In this document: positions 1-12,431 of the stretch, one piece after another
Layout: every line of letters begins with the position of its first letter
How positions within the stretch are numbered: position 1 is the first letter of the stretch
Assembly: GCA_012295275.1 (NCBI GenBank)
Contig: CM022667.1
Span: 14,446,001-14,510,000, forward strand
Length of the DNA: 64,000 bases
DNA from: Chrysomallon squamiferum
Taxonomy: Eukaryota > Animalia > Mollusca
Direction: 5' to 3'
Program-made: the position numbers and the translations under genes
The notes under the pieces: generated by a model
Told to the model about the DNA's origin: nothing
Seen by the model: only the letters and a program-made list of their open reading frames with translations
Database searches by the model: none

Positions 1-3000
1 AAGCATTAATAAATGTCTTTTTGTGAGCCAGTAGTGTGAATATGTAATTAATGATGTCGTCATTACTCAGCAACTCCTGTGACACTTTCTCTGCAATACA
101 CTGAAATAAAGAAATAATAAAAATATTACTAAATGCAATATGATATTACAATCTTCTAGTACATTCCAACAGCTTCCATTACATTCTGCAATCAGAGCAT
201 TAAATCAGTTTAGGAAATGTTTACTGCCAATATCATGCCATAATAATAATTTGGGATGTTGTGATTAAAATAACATCCTAGCTAATATTTGTTTCAAACA
301 TATTATACATTTAGCAGTTAGTAAAACAAATATATGTACTTACGCCTTTACTTGTTGTTGTAATTTTTGTCAGAATCTCAAGAACTACACTTTTTATCCT
401 CAACATGTGTTCTGATTCCCAAATGACTAAAGCAAGAAAGACAAAAGAAGCAAATATTTTATATTATGTAAACATTTAAAAAAAAAAAAAATTATTATCC
501 TTCAAGAAACTCTATATATTGGATGACAAGTCGTGTATATGATGCTAGGTGCTAATATCTGAAATTTCAAAGAAATAAAATGCATGTAACAAGATTATAA
601 TCTGTACACAATTTAACTTACTATCCAGTACACACAAAATATTTATTTATAATTAACTGATGAAAAAATTCTAACCCTGGTAAAAAGTCAGTTTGGTTTA
701 TTCATTTTTTAACAGTGAAGATTCAAGTGTCAGTTTGTGCATGTGTTCATTTATATTTAATTAAGTAAATCATGTGAATATTAACAGTAAATGACTGTTC
801 ATTACATGTGTTGACATTATATGGGTTTTTCTGGTGCTCAGTGAACCAAGTCAATAAATACCTTTGTTTGGTTTTGTCGTATGTGGAAACAAAGACCCAA
901 ATGTTAGTAACCTCAGGAGAATCTGTAATTCAAAACATTAATCAAGACAAATGTAGTAACCGAAATGTAAGCAGTTCCATTATTCAAATTTACCTTCTGT
1001 TACTTCTAAAATATATGTAAATTTTTCATAGAGAGTGTTATTTAATTATATTTAAACTTTACACTGAAAACTGTTTTAGTCAGTGATTTTTAATCCTGGT
1101 GTCAGCACTCACTGGACAGTCCTGATTCATTGTATTCCATGTTTAGTATAAAAATCAATATGAAAAAAAAAAGTATAAAAGGGTTCTTGAGAGAAAAGAG
1201 GAGGGTAAGAACCAGTGCCATAAACTGGGCATTTTATTCAAAGGTTTTATGTGTTTCATTTTATTGTATTGTGATTTTTTAAAAAGAACTTACGTCAACT
1301 CCACCCAGTTCACAAAATTCATTAGCAAACTTGTTCTGATTCTCGTCTTGTGGGCTGTCATCATGAGTGCGTCTTGGCTCAAAATTCATCAACTTGCCAA
1401 GAAGTTTCTGAAAAATTAACACTTTTTATATAATCACCACTAAGAAATGCTATATACAAAAAATGTTCATAATACAAGCTCTGAATATTAAAAATAAAAT
1501 ACTCTAATTAAAAAGTTAATGGGATCTTACATGCAGAAATAAAACAAAAAAAAACTCATTGCAGCTTCCCAAGCTGTTGGTGTCAATTCTTTCACTTGTA
1601 TTTCAAATGATAAAAAGACTGTTAAAATCAACTTTCATCTAACCAGATTATTTACATATGCTCAAAACAAAATAAACTGGATAATGCAAGTTTCAATGCC
1701 ATTTTGCACAACTTATTATTGTACTTTTTTAATAAAAAATGTAAGTAGTTTCTAAAGTATATATAAATAACCATGCTGCCATCTTATTAAATGCAGTAAT
1801 AAATTCTAGGAAGAAATTTTAGTTTTTTCGTTAAGTCAATGCAGTGGTCTCCCCAGCATCTGTGAAAGGGATGGTGGAAATTGGCATAACTGGTGGAAGT
1901 TAAACAAAGGGTACAAGTACTTTTGTTTGTTCTGTGAATTATATTCTTTACAAAATAATATATACATATATTGTTTTATAATCTTCTGTATATATTATAT
2001 ATATACACGATTGTGTGTGTGTGTGTGTGTGTAAAATGTCAGATCATTTTTATTGCTCTGAAAGTAAAAGACTGCCAAGCAGTGTGATAATGAATATTTA
2101 TGAGAATGGCCATGCACTGTTAATAATTAATTATTTTTACATTGTGTGGATCAAGGCCATATGTGTTTTCGAAGGATGAAGATAGTATTTTTAAAATATT
2201 TAATATCTTTATTTAGTTGCATGTTAAAAAATTTGTAGCAATCATTGAAATGCATGTGCAGTAATCTAGCCATGCACCGTCTGCTACTTTAGCCTTGATT
2301 ACCCAGGCATCGTGATTAGCAGCAAATTTCAGAGGAATCGGATTGTATCCCTTCAAAATGCCAGAGGGGGTAGTTAATAAATATGACAGTTGCTGCTTCT
2401 GGTTACATCTATTTTGTTTAATGACAAGACACGTGAACTGCTAACACCAGAAGTGCAAAACAATGGCATGACAGCCAGTCTAAATATACGGGTGGCAGAT
2501 ATTGCTGCCATTGATAATGGATGGTGGGTGAACTCATCGTAAGCTGCAAGTGATGGTGAACCAACCATCTCGTATAGTACGTAGCAAGACCTTTGCATTG
2601 TGATGGAAGAAGCTTGTAAAAGCCTGATAATTGAGTGATTAATTATCACCTCAGGAGTGGTATGTGTTAAGGGGTTTTGTTTTGCAGAATGATCTGGTGA
2701 TAGACATCTAGTGGCAAGTTCATAACATGTTGCTAAATAACACAAGTCCCTTTCCTTTCTTATAAAAACCACGAGATTTTTTTTTTTTTTTTTTTTTTAA
2801 GGAGAGAACTGTTGAACAATTCCCTTGAAAGAGTTGCTATCCTTTGGAACACATTTGGTAACTAATTTTCATTGTTTTAACCCATATGTGATTCATAAGA
2901 TAGATTACAATATTTCTATTCATCTATATTAGTCTTTACTACTATACTGAATATTCAAATACAAATACAGTTTTTAAAAGTGTCTAGTGTTTGTTTAGTA

Positions 3001-6000
3001 CTGTATTTATAATATATTGCAGATGCCATATTGGATATCCTAGAGCAAGCCAACTCGGGTAGTAACCTGCCCGAGACAGGTACCTATTTACAACTTGAGG
3101 GAATCCATGTGACAGGAAAATATTGGAGCCTTGGTCCATGATCTGAAACAGAGACATAGCTATCTGAAATGTGATTTTTAATTCGGGGCTTTATAAATTT
3201 TTATTGCAATTCACCAGACATAAGCAACATTATTCACTAGAGTGAATAAGTACACAATATATTAAATATTTGATCTTCCCCATCGACTTCCAAAAGAAAA
3301 CATGAATGTGTTTTGGAAATTGAAGATGAAGATCATCATCCATTTCTTAATGATGACAGCTGTCATCTTGTGCAGGTGGCATATATGAAAAAAAATGTGT
3401 CCAAAATTTGCCATGTTCAGACTCTTCCTGTAATGGAACACAAACTGTCGTATGTGATCAGTTGAAAGGCCCTGTTGTCAATCTGCAGACAGTTTGTGCT
3501 GCTTGTAAAAAGGTACCCAATGAGATATTGTCATCAAATCATGTAGGGGGCCAGAGAAGCAGATTTCCTTTCAACACTATCAGACAAATGGTTGCAGGAA
3601 CCTTAGATAGTAGTGTAGGATTTTCAGGACTTTGTAGACTGTTGGTGGCTGGATTCACCATGTACACACCAAGTATGAAAGACAACAAAAGGCAGTTTTT
3701 TTAATGGATGACTCAAAGGTAGACATCAATGTATGGTGTTGGCTGTGTAATTGATCACTGACTGAGATTCTCTGTATATTGTCATGTTTGTGCCACTGTT
3801 GGCGACTACTATGACAGAGAAAGCCAAAAGTATCTTAACTGAAAGCTACATATGTGAGAAAAACTATTATGGGTGCAGCCATTGCAGACATTTTGTGGAC
3901 TAGCTCATATCTAAATGTGGATTTATGCTGTCAGATGGTGATGCTAAAACGTTTTTGCATTTGTCCTCATTAAATGTGTATGGGAATGAATGTAAATTAC
4001 GTAAAGAAAAATGCATCAACCATGTGTCAAAAAGGATGGGTGCAGGGTTGAGAAAAGTGGGAGGGGAAGTTTGACAGCAAGGTGTGATCAACCAGGCAGC
4101 CACTCCAATCTACATTCAACTTGACGATGAAAAATCTTTTATGTCGATATCTAAAAGGGAAAAACCCAAAATAATAACTAAAGTCTATGGCAGCGAGTGA
4201 ATTTAATGAACGCTGTGTAAAATGTTTCCAATATAGTAGTAGCACTGGGTTTACAAAAGGTGGAAGCTGCTGCTATGAAGTTAACCCATAACGGGGGTGG
4301 TGAAAGACTTACCTTTTGAAAACACAGAAGTTTTGCTGGGTAATGATTTAACTAATCAGTGTTTCTAGCTGAAGGATGATCAGTTGATAATGGATTATAT
4401 ACCTTTATCAATAGAAAAGAGCGAGGGGGATGATACTAGATATCCTGCTTGTGTAATGGCTAGATCTATGACCAGAAAGGTAGCATGAGACCCTGCAGAT
4501 ATTTACAATTTGTCTGATACTTTTGTGAGCCATGAAAATGAAGTGAATGAGGTTATCAGTAAAATAGATGGTAAGTCAACTGAAGAACTACTTGTGGTGG
4601 ATCCAATGAGGGTAAATGAACTGGTTGTGTTTGAGAAAGGGGCCTTACTGTATGAACAGTTAATTCTAGAGCATGGGGCTGATTTTGATTTATTGGCATC
4701 TCGTATGCATCTTTAACTAAGGATGAGATGGAAGATCAAAAGTCATGTTAGATATGGACAATGGCGTATTAATAGAAGAATAAGTGACAAGATGTAGAAT
4801 TGTGATGCCCTCTAAGTACTGACAATCATTGTTGCTGTTGGCACATGAGGATGTTATTAACAGTTATGTGCTTAACTACACATTTCCCAGAGGCAATTCC
4901 CTTAAGGAACGTCACTGCACCTTTGGTAACTAGTGTGCTGCTTAAAAACTTCATGTTTTCGGGATTACCCAGTGTAATTCAAAGTGATCATGGTACTAAC
5001 TTTATGAGCAAGTTGATCCATCACGTTCTGGCTATGGTAAATGTATGGCAGATTCATTCAGTGACGTTCCAACCAAAGAGCCAGGGCGCAATATAATGTT
5101 TCCACCAGAACATGAAAAGTATGCTCAGCTGTCACTGTTTAGTCAATTCCTTTAGTGTTGTAAGCAAGAAGTGTTAGGATCCACCCCATTTGAATTGGTC
5201 TGTGGGCATCCAGGCCAAGGGCCCCTCAAATTGAAAAACATAGCTGAACTGACAAAATGGTTTTACTAGGCAGTCAGTTTTAACAAAAATGTTTTAAAAG
5301 TTCTACGAGTTGAAAAATATAAAACATTAACAACCGAAGGAACAAAAAACCATTTCTGAACTGCAAAATGAAGAAATGACTGATGAAAGCTTCTGTGTTC
5401 AATATTTACTGGAAATGTAGATTTAATACTGCACAGGCTCTGTCAGGATTATTTTATGGATTGAAGACGATCATTTGAAACCATCAACAAAAAAGAATGC
5501 ATTTAGTCAGGAAATGCAAGAAATGAAATGTGGAAGAAAAAAGACATTACCAAAACTTTAGTGACATGAGTTTCATTGACACATTTCTCTATGGTCTCTG
5601 TAAGTGAACAAATATATTTTTATTACAACAATAATTTATGTTGTATTATATTAGTAATGTTACAGTACAGTTATGATGTAGCAATTTTTCTTCTTGTAAA
5701 GCAAATCAACTAATTCCTCCCCACTGTCAACAGAAAATTTCCATAGTTGGGGAAGTCTTTTTAACAGTTTTGTTAGATGTAGTAGGGCCTTTACCAAACA
5801 CTTGTTCCGGCAACCAGTTCTTATTAACAGTTATGTGCTTAACTACACATTTCCCAGAGGTGATTTCCTTAAGGAAAGTCACTGCAACTGTGGTAACTAG
5901 TGCACTGCTTTAATTTTTCACATATACAGGATTACCCAGTGAAATTCAGTGATGACGTTAATACTTTATGAGCAAGTTAATCCAGCAGGATCTGGCTATG

Positions 6001-9000
6001 TTAAATGTACAGCAGATTCATTCAGCAGCGTTCCACCCTGAGAGCCTGGACACAATAGAATGTTTCCACCAGAATGAAAAGAGCATGAAAAGTATGCTCT
6101 GCTGCCATTGTTTAGACAATGGTGCTCACTGGGACCAGTCAATTCCTTTCATGTTGTTTGCAGCTAAGGATGCAAAGCAAGAATTCTTGAGATTCACCCC
6201 ATTTGAACTGGTCTATGGGCATTCAGCCTGAGGGCCTCTCAAATTGAAAAAGACAGTTGAACTGACAAGCCGGTTTTACTAGGCAGTCAGTTTTAACAAA
6301 AAATAGGTTTAAAAAAAGTTATGTGTATTGAAAATATGAAAACAGTAAATTATTAATAACTGTAGTGTAGGAATGAAAAACAACTTCTGAATTGCAAAAT
6401 TAAGAAATGACTGATGAAAGCTTCTGTGTTCAATATTTACTGGAAATGTAGATTTAATACTGCACAGGCTCTGTCATGATTATTTTGTGGATTGAAGACA
6501 ATCATTTGAAATTAGTCAACAAAAAAAGAATGCATTTAGACAGGAAATGCAAGAAATGAAATGTGGAAGAAAAAAGACATTACCAAAACTTCAGTGACAT
6601 GAGTTTCACTGACACATTTCTCTATGGTCTCTGTAAGTGAACAAAAATATTTTTATTAGAACAATAATTTGTTGTATTATATTAATGTTACAGCCCAGTT
6701 ATGATGTAGAAGTTTTACTTCTTGTTTACTACTTTTTTGGACACCTCAGAATCAGACTTGATTTTCTTTATATGAATATGTGGTCATACTTTTAATCTTT
6801 TTATTATTTTATTTTACTTTTTGACATGATGTATTCAGTTTATCATGCATGAATTTAAATTTTTTCAGCAATCCACCAGTCACAAGAATGTTTTTTCAAA
6901 TGGGTTTTCATTTTGCTTAATTTTACTACAATATAATAATAATTATTGATCTAATGGAAGACTGTCAGTTAATGTACAGCTGACAAGTTATTAAAAGTTA
7001 ATTTGTAAATCTGGACAAATTCTCTGACCTTCATCCACAGAATGAAAGCCACCAACCAGAGAATTTTGAGATGGAGTCTTCTTCTGCCGGAATTCCCAAT
7101 TACCATGAACATATCAAAGACACACACATATATATATATTATGCTATGTCTTAGAGACAGTGTGTGATGACTGATTGTCACCATATTACTATGTATTATA
7201 AATGCCAGAATGTGTCAGTTAACACACCTTAATTATTTGTGTTTAAATATACTATATTTTCCTACTGCTAGAGAAGAGGAAATATCCTTTTTGAGATGGG
7301 GGTAGTGTGATGGAAGAATCTTCTGCTTGTAAATGTCACTTGTATCTGACTGTTGATTCAGTCAGCCAAATCAACAAAAATGGCTACAAATTATGGGATT
7401 ACTTATCACCTAGGGAATGGTAGGTGTTACAGGCAGAATGATCTGGCAACAGATGTCTAGCGGCAAGGTTTGTAACACACTGCCAAATAACTCAAGTCCC
7501 TTTTATTTCTTATAAAAGCCCTGTTTCGTTAGGAGAGGACCGTGGAACAATTCCTGTGAAAAGGTCGCTATCCTCTGAACCCACTTCGTAACTAATTACA
7601 TATGTATGTTATATATGTATTATGTTATCACTGTATTAACCCGTATGTGACTGATGTGACAGATTACAATATTTCTATTCATCTGTATTAGCCTTTACTA
7701 ATATACTGAATGTTCAACACTTGTGTGGATAGTTTTTAAATGTGTCTGGTGCTTGTTGTGCTCTAGTGTGCAAAAATGTCATTCGATATTAATAATATAA
7801 TGTAGACACAGATCCCATATCAGATACACAGAGCAAGCCAACTCATAGTAACCTGCCCGAGACACACAGATATTTACAACTTAAGGGAATCCCCGTGAGG
7901 GTCATGTTTAAAACTTATAATTTATTATGTCATTATTATATGAAATGTTAGTACAATTTCTGATAATTAGTTTGTACAACAATAATTCTTTTTTTCCAGC
8001 TGAATGACAAAATTTATGTTAAAATATATAAAAGTGGGTAGCAGCAGTATATGTTTCAACCAATTACTGTACAAAATCAATTGTTCTCGATATCATTTAA
8101 CTCTGTAACATTATGAACTGCATGGAAATAAATATGAAGACTTGTTCTTGAACTGTGTGCTGTTTGTTTGATCATGTGTTATTCAGTGAATTCACAGTCC
8201 ACGTTTACAAAATACAACATTTTATACATGGCAGTGAACGTACAATGCGGCTGATTTTAGCATGATTGGAAAGATAATAAAATGAGCTTCCTAATGATAA
8301 GTAGCAAGACACGAATAAAAACAAACTCAGCTTCAAACTTGAATTATGATTATGTCACAATGAATTTATGCCCAACATTTCTGATATCACTTGTTCAATT
8401 TCCTTTATAATGGTGTTTTGAACTAAGTATATGTTCACTGTGGCAGCAGCTTTTTCCAATCTAACAACTACTAGCACCGATCAGCTCACGATTTGTGTTC
8501 AAAATAGTGCTGAGTACATGTTATTGGTGAATTTGATATCATATATTGATCACTTTTGACACTATCTAAGCCAGTTATTACAATCATTTAATTAATATTT
8601 CTTATAAACTTATTCAACAATATATTTGATTTTTATCTAATCATTTTGTACATGTTCTGCTCTGAAAAAGAAGCATAACAGAACTTAAATATATACAGAT
8701 GATCCAATCCCCTTGAAAATAAATGTTTTGTAGGCTTTTTACTGCTGAAACAGTTTGTAATATTAACAGTAATAGTCTTACTGTTTAGGAATCAAAAATA
8801 TGCTTTATATTTTCAAATAACTGAAGTTTGGATATGGAGGTGTTTTCCAATGAACTCACCAAAGGGTTGAGTTAGATCAATAATTGAAAATCAGCTTGTA
8901 CGTCCTAGTTCTTGCTTCACTTTCAATGTCAATCACTGAAACATTTTTTGTTTTAATTCAAACAATCCAAATTATAAAAACAAAGTCAAAATATATATTT

Positions 9001-11011
9001 GAACAAAATACAGCAACAAAATGTTGATATGTCCAAAATGTGAGTGTGAAGGTAACGGAAGTATATGACCATACATAACTAACAAATAACAAGTGCATAT
9101 AATATGTATCTGATTTACTGTCAGATAAATACATATTTTTATATGAAAGTGTTATGTTAATTCAATATATGCAGGTTTCTAGTACAACAGTTGTATGCTA
9201 CTTTATAAATTATAGCTATCTTGTAAATGCCAAGTATGACCTCAGCTCAGTACTGCACTGATCATGCCTGAAACTGAAGTTAATGACAGAACAATTTATA
9301 GTCTTTACTTGCTCAAAATTTGAACCAAATACATGTATTTTTTAAGTTATGGCCACTTGTGTTTTACTACATGTGGTGGTTATCTGTTTATGATCACCAA
9401 GTCATTTTGGTCTTATCCTCCTGTTTGGAGGATTGTATCATCAAGCAGAATACAATAATCATTGTCAAAAGTTACGTGTGATCTCTAGGTGGACTACTTT
9501 CAGGCTTTTAAATCCCAGACAACACTGATCATCAGAAATGAAATGAGACACTGTCAAAAACAATGTTTTTTGTACATTTGACATTTTAAGTATTTGTTTT
9601 TCTCAACATTATGAGTTGACAAATTTTTAACATAGCTTCTTGTGGTAGCAGTAAAACAGATACCAAAATATGGTCATTCATTCGTTAATTAATCAAATTA
9701 CTGTTTGCTGTGAGTGGCAAAAAAAAATAAAAAAATTATATCATAACTTTGTAATACAATATTTGGCATTTACTAATTCACTTTCAGAAGCAAAGCAAAA
9801 CATTAACTTAAATAAAAGCTCACCTTCAGACACTGTAAACATTCTGTTGTGTCAAATCCCAGCTGAATGCTGAAATTATCCAATGACTGCACCAACAGTG
9901 GAATTTCTTGCTCATCGCCAATTTCTTTCAAAATATGGGTCGGTAACTACAATAACCAAATGAAACCTGTATCAGGTCATTATTGGAAACCAGAAATTAA
10001 TCTTCAAAGCACAATTTTGTTTAAGTATCTGGTTTATCTTCAAGCAGTTGTACTAAATCATTTCACTGAACCTTTAACTATCTGTAATATTATGAAGTGC
10101 TCTGGCTGGAGCTGTGGACCTTCACTTTAAATTTTCTGATACCCCAAGTACATCTAGCATTAGATACTTAACCATTTAATTTATAAAATGTATACAAAGA
10201 TTAACTGATTCTACCTAAACCCAGTAAAAATTGACCATAAATTGACTAAGTTTTCTCCATCGTAATAGATAATACCTTCAACATTCATGCATACAAAAAA
10301 CATTCTCAGAATATATTAAGAAGTCTTTTTATAATATATAAATTTTATAAGCTATAACCCCAGTATTAAATTTTGTAAATTTTAACACTAATATTTATTA
10401 ACAAATTTTTTAACTTGCAAATAAATAAATAATTCCTTGTTAGAAATTGTACCTTTTCAACACTCTACATTCGCCAATTAATGTATTTATTATTTTAACA
10501 AAATCCAAAATACGTTTAATTTTCCCTACTATATTCTATAAGGAAAGATTTTTTTATTGCTTCTGGGTTTCTACCATTATTCATTTTATTTTGTTTTAGT
10601 AATACATTATTTCTCGACAGTCGACGATACTTTGAATCGTGTTTCACTGTTTGATCTGACGATTCTCTGTTCTCTTTAAATTGGAACTCTTTCTAAGCTC
10701 TACGAAAAATAAAATTTTATATTATTATTTTAATTATATTCAGTAATTTTCTGTTTATCTTTGGATATTGCTATGTAAATTAATAATTTTGGTTATTTTT
10801 AGAAAAACAAAATGTTTAAGTTTGACAATGAATACTATTCAGAATACTGAAGTCTTCTCAGTGACATTTGCACGAGTTTTGTTTGTTTTGTGACTCGACT
10901 TCCCATTACCTGACTTATTCGATTGTATCCATTCCCAGTGTACTGCCAGCTTTCGTGTGTTAAAAAAACAGATTTGGTACTAAGACACTTCTGATTTTTC
11001 CTTCGCAACAT
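1..11011 (-). CDS. TRPC4AP: TRPC4AP/TRUSS homolog, 5' portion (gene continues beyond left edge)
   Basis: Phase-consistent GT-AG exons on -: 10910-11011 (MLRRKNQKCLSTKSVFLTHESWQYTGNGYNRISQ), 9824-9946 (LPTHILKEIGDEQEIPLLVQSLDNFSIQLGFDTTECLQCLK), 1294-1407 (KLLGKL...NEFCELGGVD), 862-922 (ILLRLLTFG...), 344-426 (IWESEHMLRIKSVVLEILTKI...), <=1-100 (CIAEKVSQELLSNDDIINYIFTLLAHKKTFINA). These match the remembered human N-terminus colinearly (QLTGRG; IPQLL..L; ECQNILK; FDLFGGVDLL; NDFVIFLFTLMTSKKTF). Confidence 0.88.
2599..3114 (+). repeat. 5' LTR
   Basis: Begins TGTGA, ends GTGACA, followed by the PBS-like sequence; colinear similarity to 7306-7900. Confidence 0.8.
3300..4240 (+). mobile_element. 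Mutator-like (MULE) transposase pseudogene fragment nested in the LTR element
   Basis: 3925-4070 reads MLSDGDAKTFLHLSSLNVYGNECKLRKEKCINHVSKRMGAGLRKV (SDGD + CxNHVxKR motif of metazoan Mutator-like transposases). ~3700-3760 reads degenerate ...TSMYGVGCVID; Cys-rich segment in ORF 3408-3704. Boundaries approximate. Confidence 0.75.
4854..5230 (+). pseudogene. Gypsy integrase core fragment, copy 1
   Basis: LLTVMCLTTHFPEAIPLRNVTAPLV...GLPSVIQSDHGTNFMSKL...FQPKSQGAI*, rve domain with stops and deletions. Confidence 0.85.
5715..6250 (+). pseudogene. Gypsy integrase core fragment, copy 2
   Basis: LLDVVGPLPNTCSGNQFLLTVMC...HSAAFHPES...WDQSIPFMLFAAKDAKQEFLRFTPFELVYGH; frameshifted. Confidence 0.85.
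7306..7900 (+). repeat. 3' LTR
   Basis: Follows the purine tract, starts TGTGATGGAAGAA, ends ...GGGAATCCCCGTGAGG; homologous to 2599-3114. Confidence 0.8.
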
Positions 11012-11059
11012 GTTGACTGGATACTATCTTAGTAAAGAAATAAACTTCAGAGGACGGAC

Positions 11060-11150
11060 AAACCCTCGGCGGGTAATTATTACACGCATGCGCACGGAAA
11101 TAAAGAATCCCGTAAAAATGCTGCAGATATGTTGAGCATGCGCAAAGCGA
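11060..11150 (-). promoter_or_regulatory. TRPC4AP proximal promoter with two NRF1-like sites
   Basis: CGCATGCGCA (~11085) and GCATGCGCA (~11136), 70-130 bp upstream of the ATG at 11011, in a locally CpG-enriched patch. Confidence 0.55.
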
Positions 11151-12179
11151 TAAGAACGTTTTGTTTTTACATAAAACAGTTTACACACTTGATGAATTTT
11201 ATTAATTTATTTATTGGTGATATATTAAAAAGAATTATAATTATTCTGTAATCATTGAAATGATTTCTTTTTTCTACTGGAAGTGTAAATTTATTTGCTA
11301 AAACACGGATGTGTACACTGTTATGGTGTCACCTAAAAGGCGGATCGGGAACTAATTCTTAATATTCGTAAAAAAAGTTACAACCGATAAAACTGTATTA
11401 TATACCCTATAACACACACACACGAAAATACACCGATTTTTACCTATCTTAGAAAAGCCGAGTAAAACATCTTGCAATATAATCTTTATGGATTATTAAC
11501 AATAATTACTAAAATAAGAATAATTGTTTAAAAACAAGATAGCGATCTTGTCAGTTTTATAGGTTGTTGTTTTCATTAACTAAGACGGAAAAGAATTACA
11601 TTAAATATTTATTTTAACCAAAACACTTCAGTAAGTCGATGCTGGGGACTGATTTACCCATTTCTTTAAATGTCAAACACATAAAACGGTTTGAACGATT
11701 ACGTAAAATGGAATATGTTACCAAACTGAAATAGCAGTATTTTAAATGAGGCACTTCATTTTAAAATTTTATAATGGCATAAAATTATACTAAAAAAGTA
11801 AAAACAGACAATTATATTGCACGTTTATATATCAACAACGAGAGTATGAACAAAATTAAAATATCATAAATAACGCAAGGCTTATCTGTGTATCAATACT
11901 TCATAACCATTGAAAAGCGTACTTGTTTCAAAAATGTTTTGGCGCAGAACAATGCAGTATCAACAGGTTTAAGAAATATTTTTTGAAAAGCTATTACTGG
12001 GATGTTACATATCAGTCCCTACCGAACGTGATGTTTAATCTTGCCACAGTAATGTATTCCTTTAGTTATTTACCGTAATATTTAGAAGCTGGAAGATGGA
12101 ACCATTTCCCATATCAAAAGATAAAAGGAAAATAAATAATTTCATTTCATCTATTACCTTTAAAGGATTTAACTATTTT

Positions 12180-12198
12180 GATGATGATGATGATAATG

Positions 12199-12282
<84 letters not shown>
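12180..12282. repeat. (GAT)/(AAT)n followed by (ATT)n microsatellite, forming an inverted repeat
   Basis: Seen directly in sequence. Confidence 0.95.
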
Positions 12283-12283
<1 letters not shown>

Positions 12284-12387
12284 ACAATATGAAAGAATAT
12301 GAAACACTTATTCTCAAGATTATCCATTTCTCACTGATAAATTGACAAACAAACAACCAATAGGGACTGAGCCGTCGTATGAGCCGT

Positions 12388-12389
<2 letters not shown>

Positions 12390-12427
<38 letters not shown>
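12390..12427. repeat. (CT)n microsatellite
   Basis: Seen directly in sequence. Confidence 0.95.

Positions 12428-12431
<4 letters not shown>

Larger units (their letters stand above)
2599..7900 (+). mobile_element. Decayed Ty3/Gypsy LTR retrotransposon (Gmr1-like domain order) in TRPC4AP intron 2, antisense to host
   Basis: Diverged direct repeats 2599-3114 and 7306-~7900, both starting TGTGATGGAAGAA and sharing blocks such as GAGCAAGCCAACTC..TAGTAACCTGCCCGAGACA. PBS-like TGGAGCCTTGGTCCATGAT at 3124-3142; purine tract GAGATGGGGGTAG before 7306. Protease C-terminus GVVKDLPFENTEVLLGNDL (~4295-4350); integrase core (4854-5230, 5715-6250); RNase H end LTFIHRMKATNQRILRWSLLL (~7020-7100). Many stops and frameshifts. 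Confidence 0.88.

Noticed and set aside
2040-2598. GC-richer tract and 132-aa minus ORF (2374-2772) left of the 5' LTR
   Set aside because: The ORF crosses the LTR boundary and no frame gives a recognisable motif. Probably an old repeat that I cannot classify.
12096-12356. ORFs with poly-N/poly-I tracts (also 19706-20424, 21184-21455, 39888-40148, 40550-40816, 50595-50954, 53715-54050, 63585-63881)
   Set aside because: These are translations of trinucleotide microsatellites and AT-rich low-complexity DNA.
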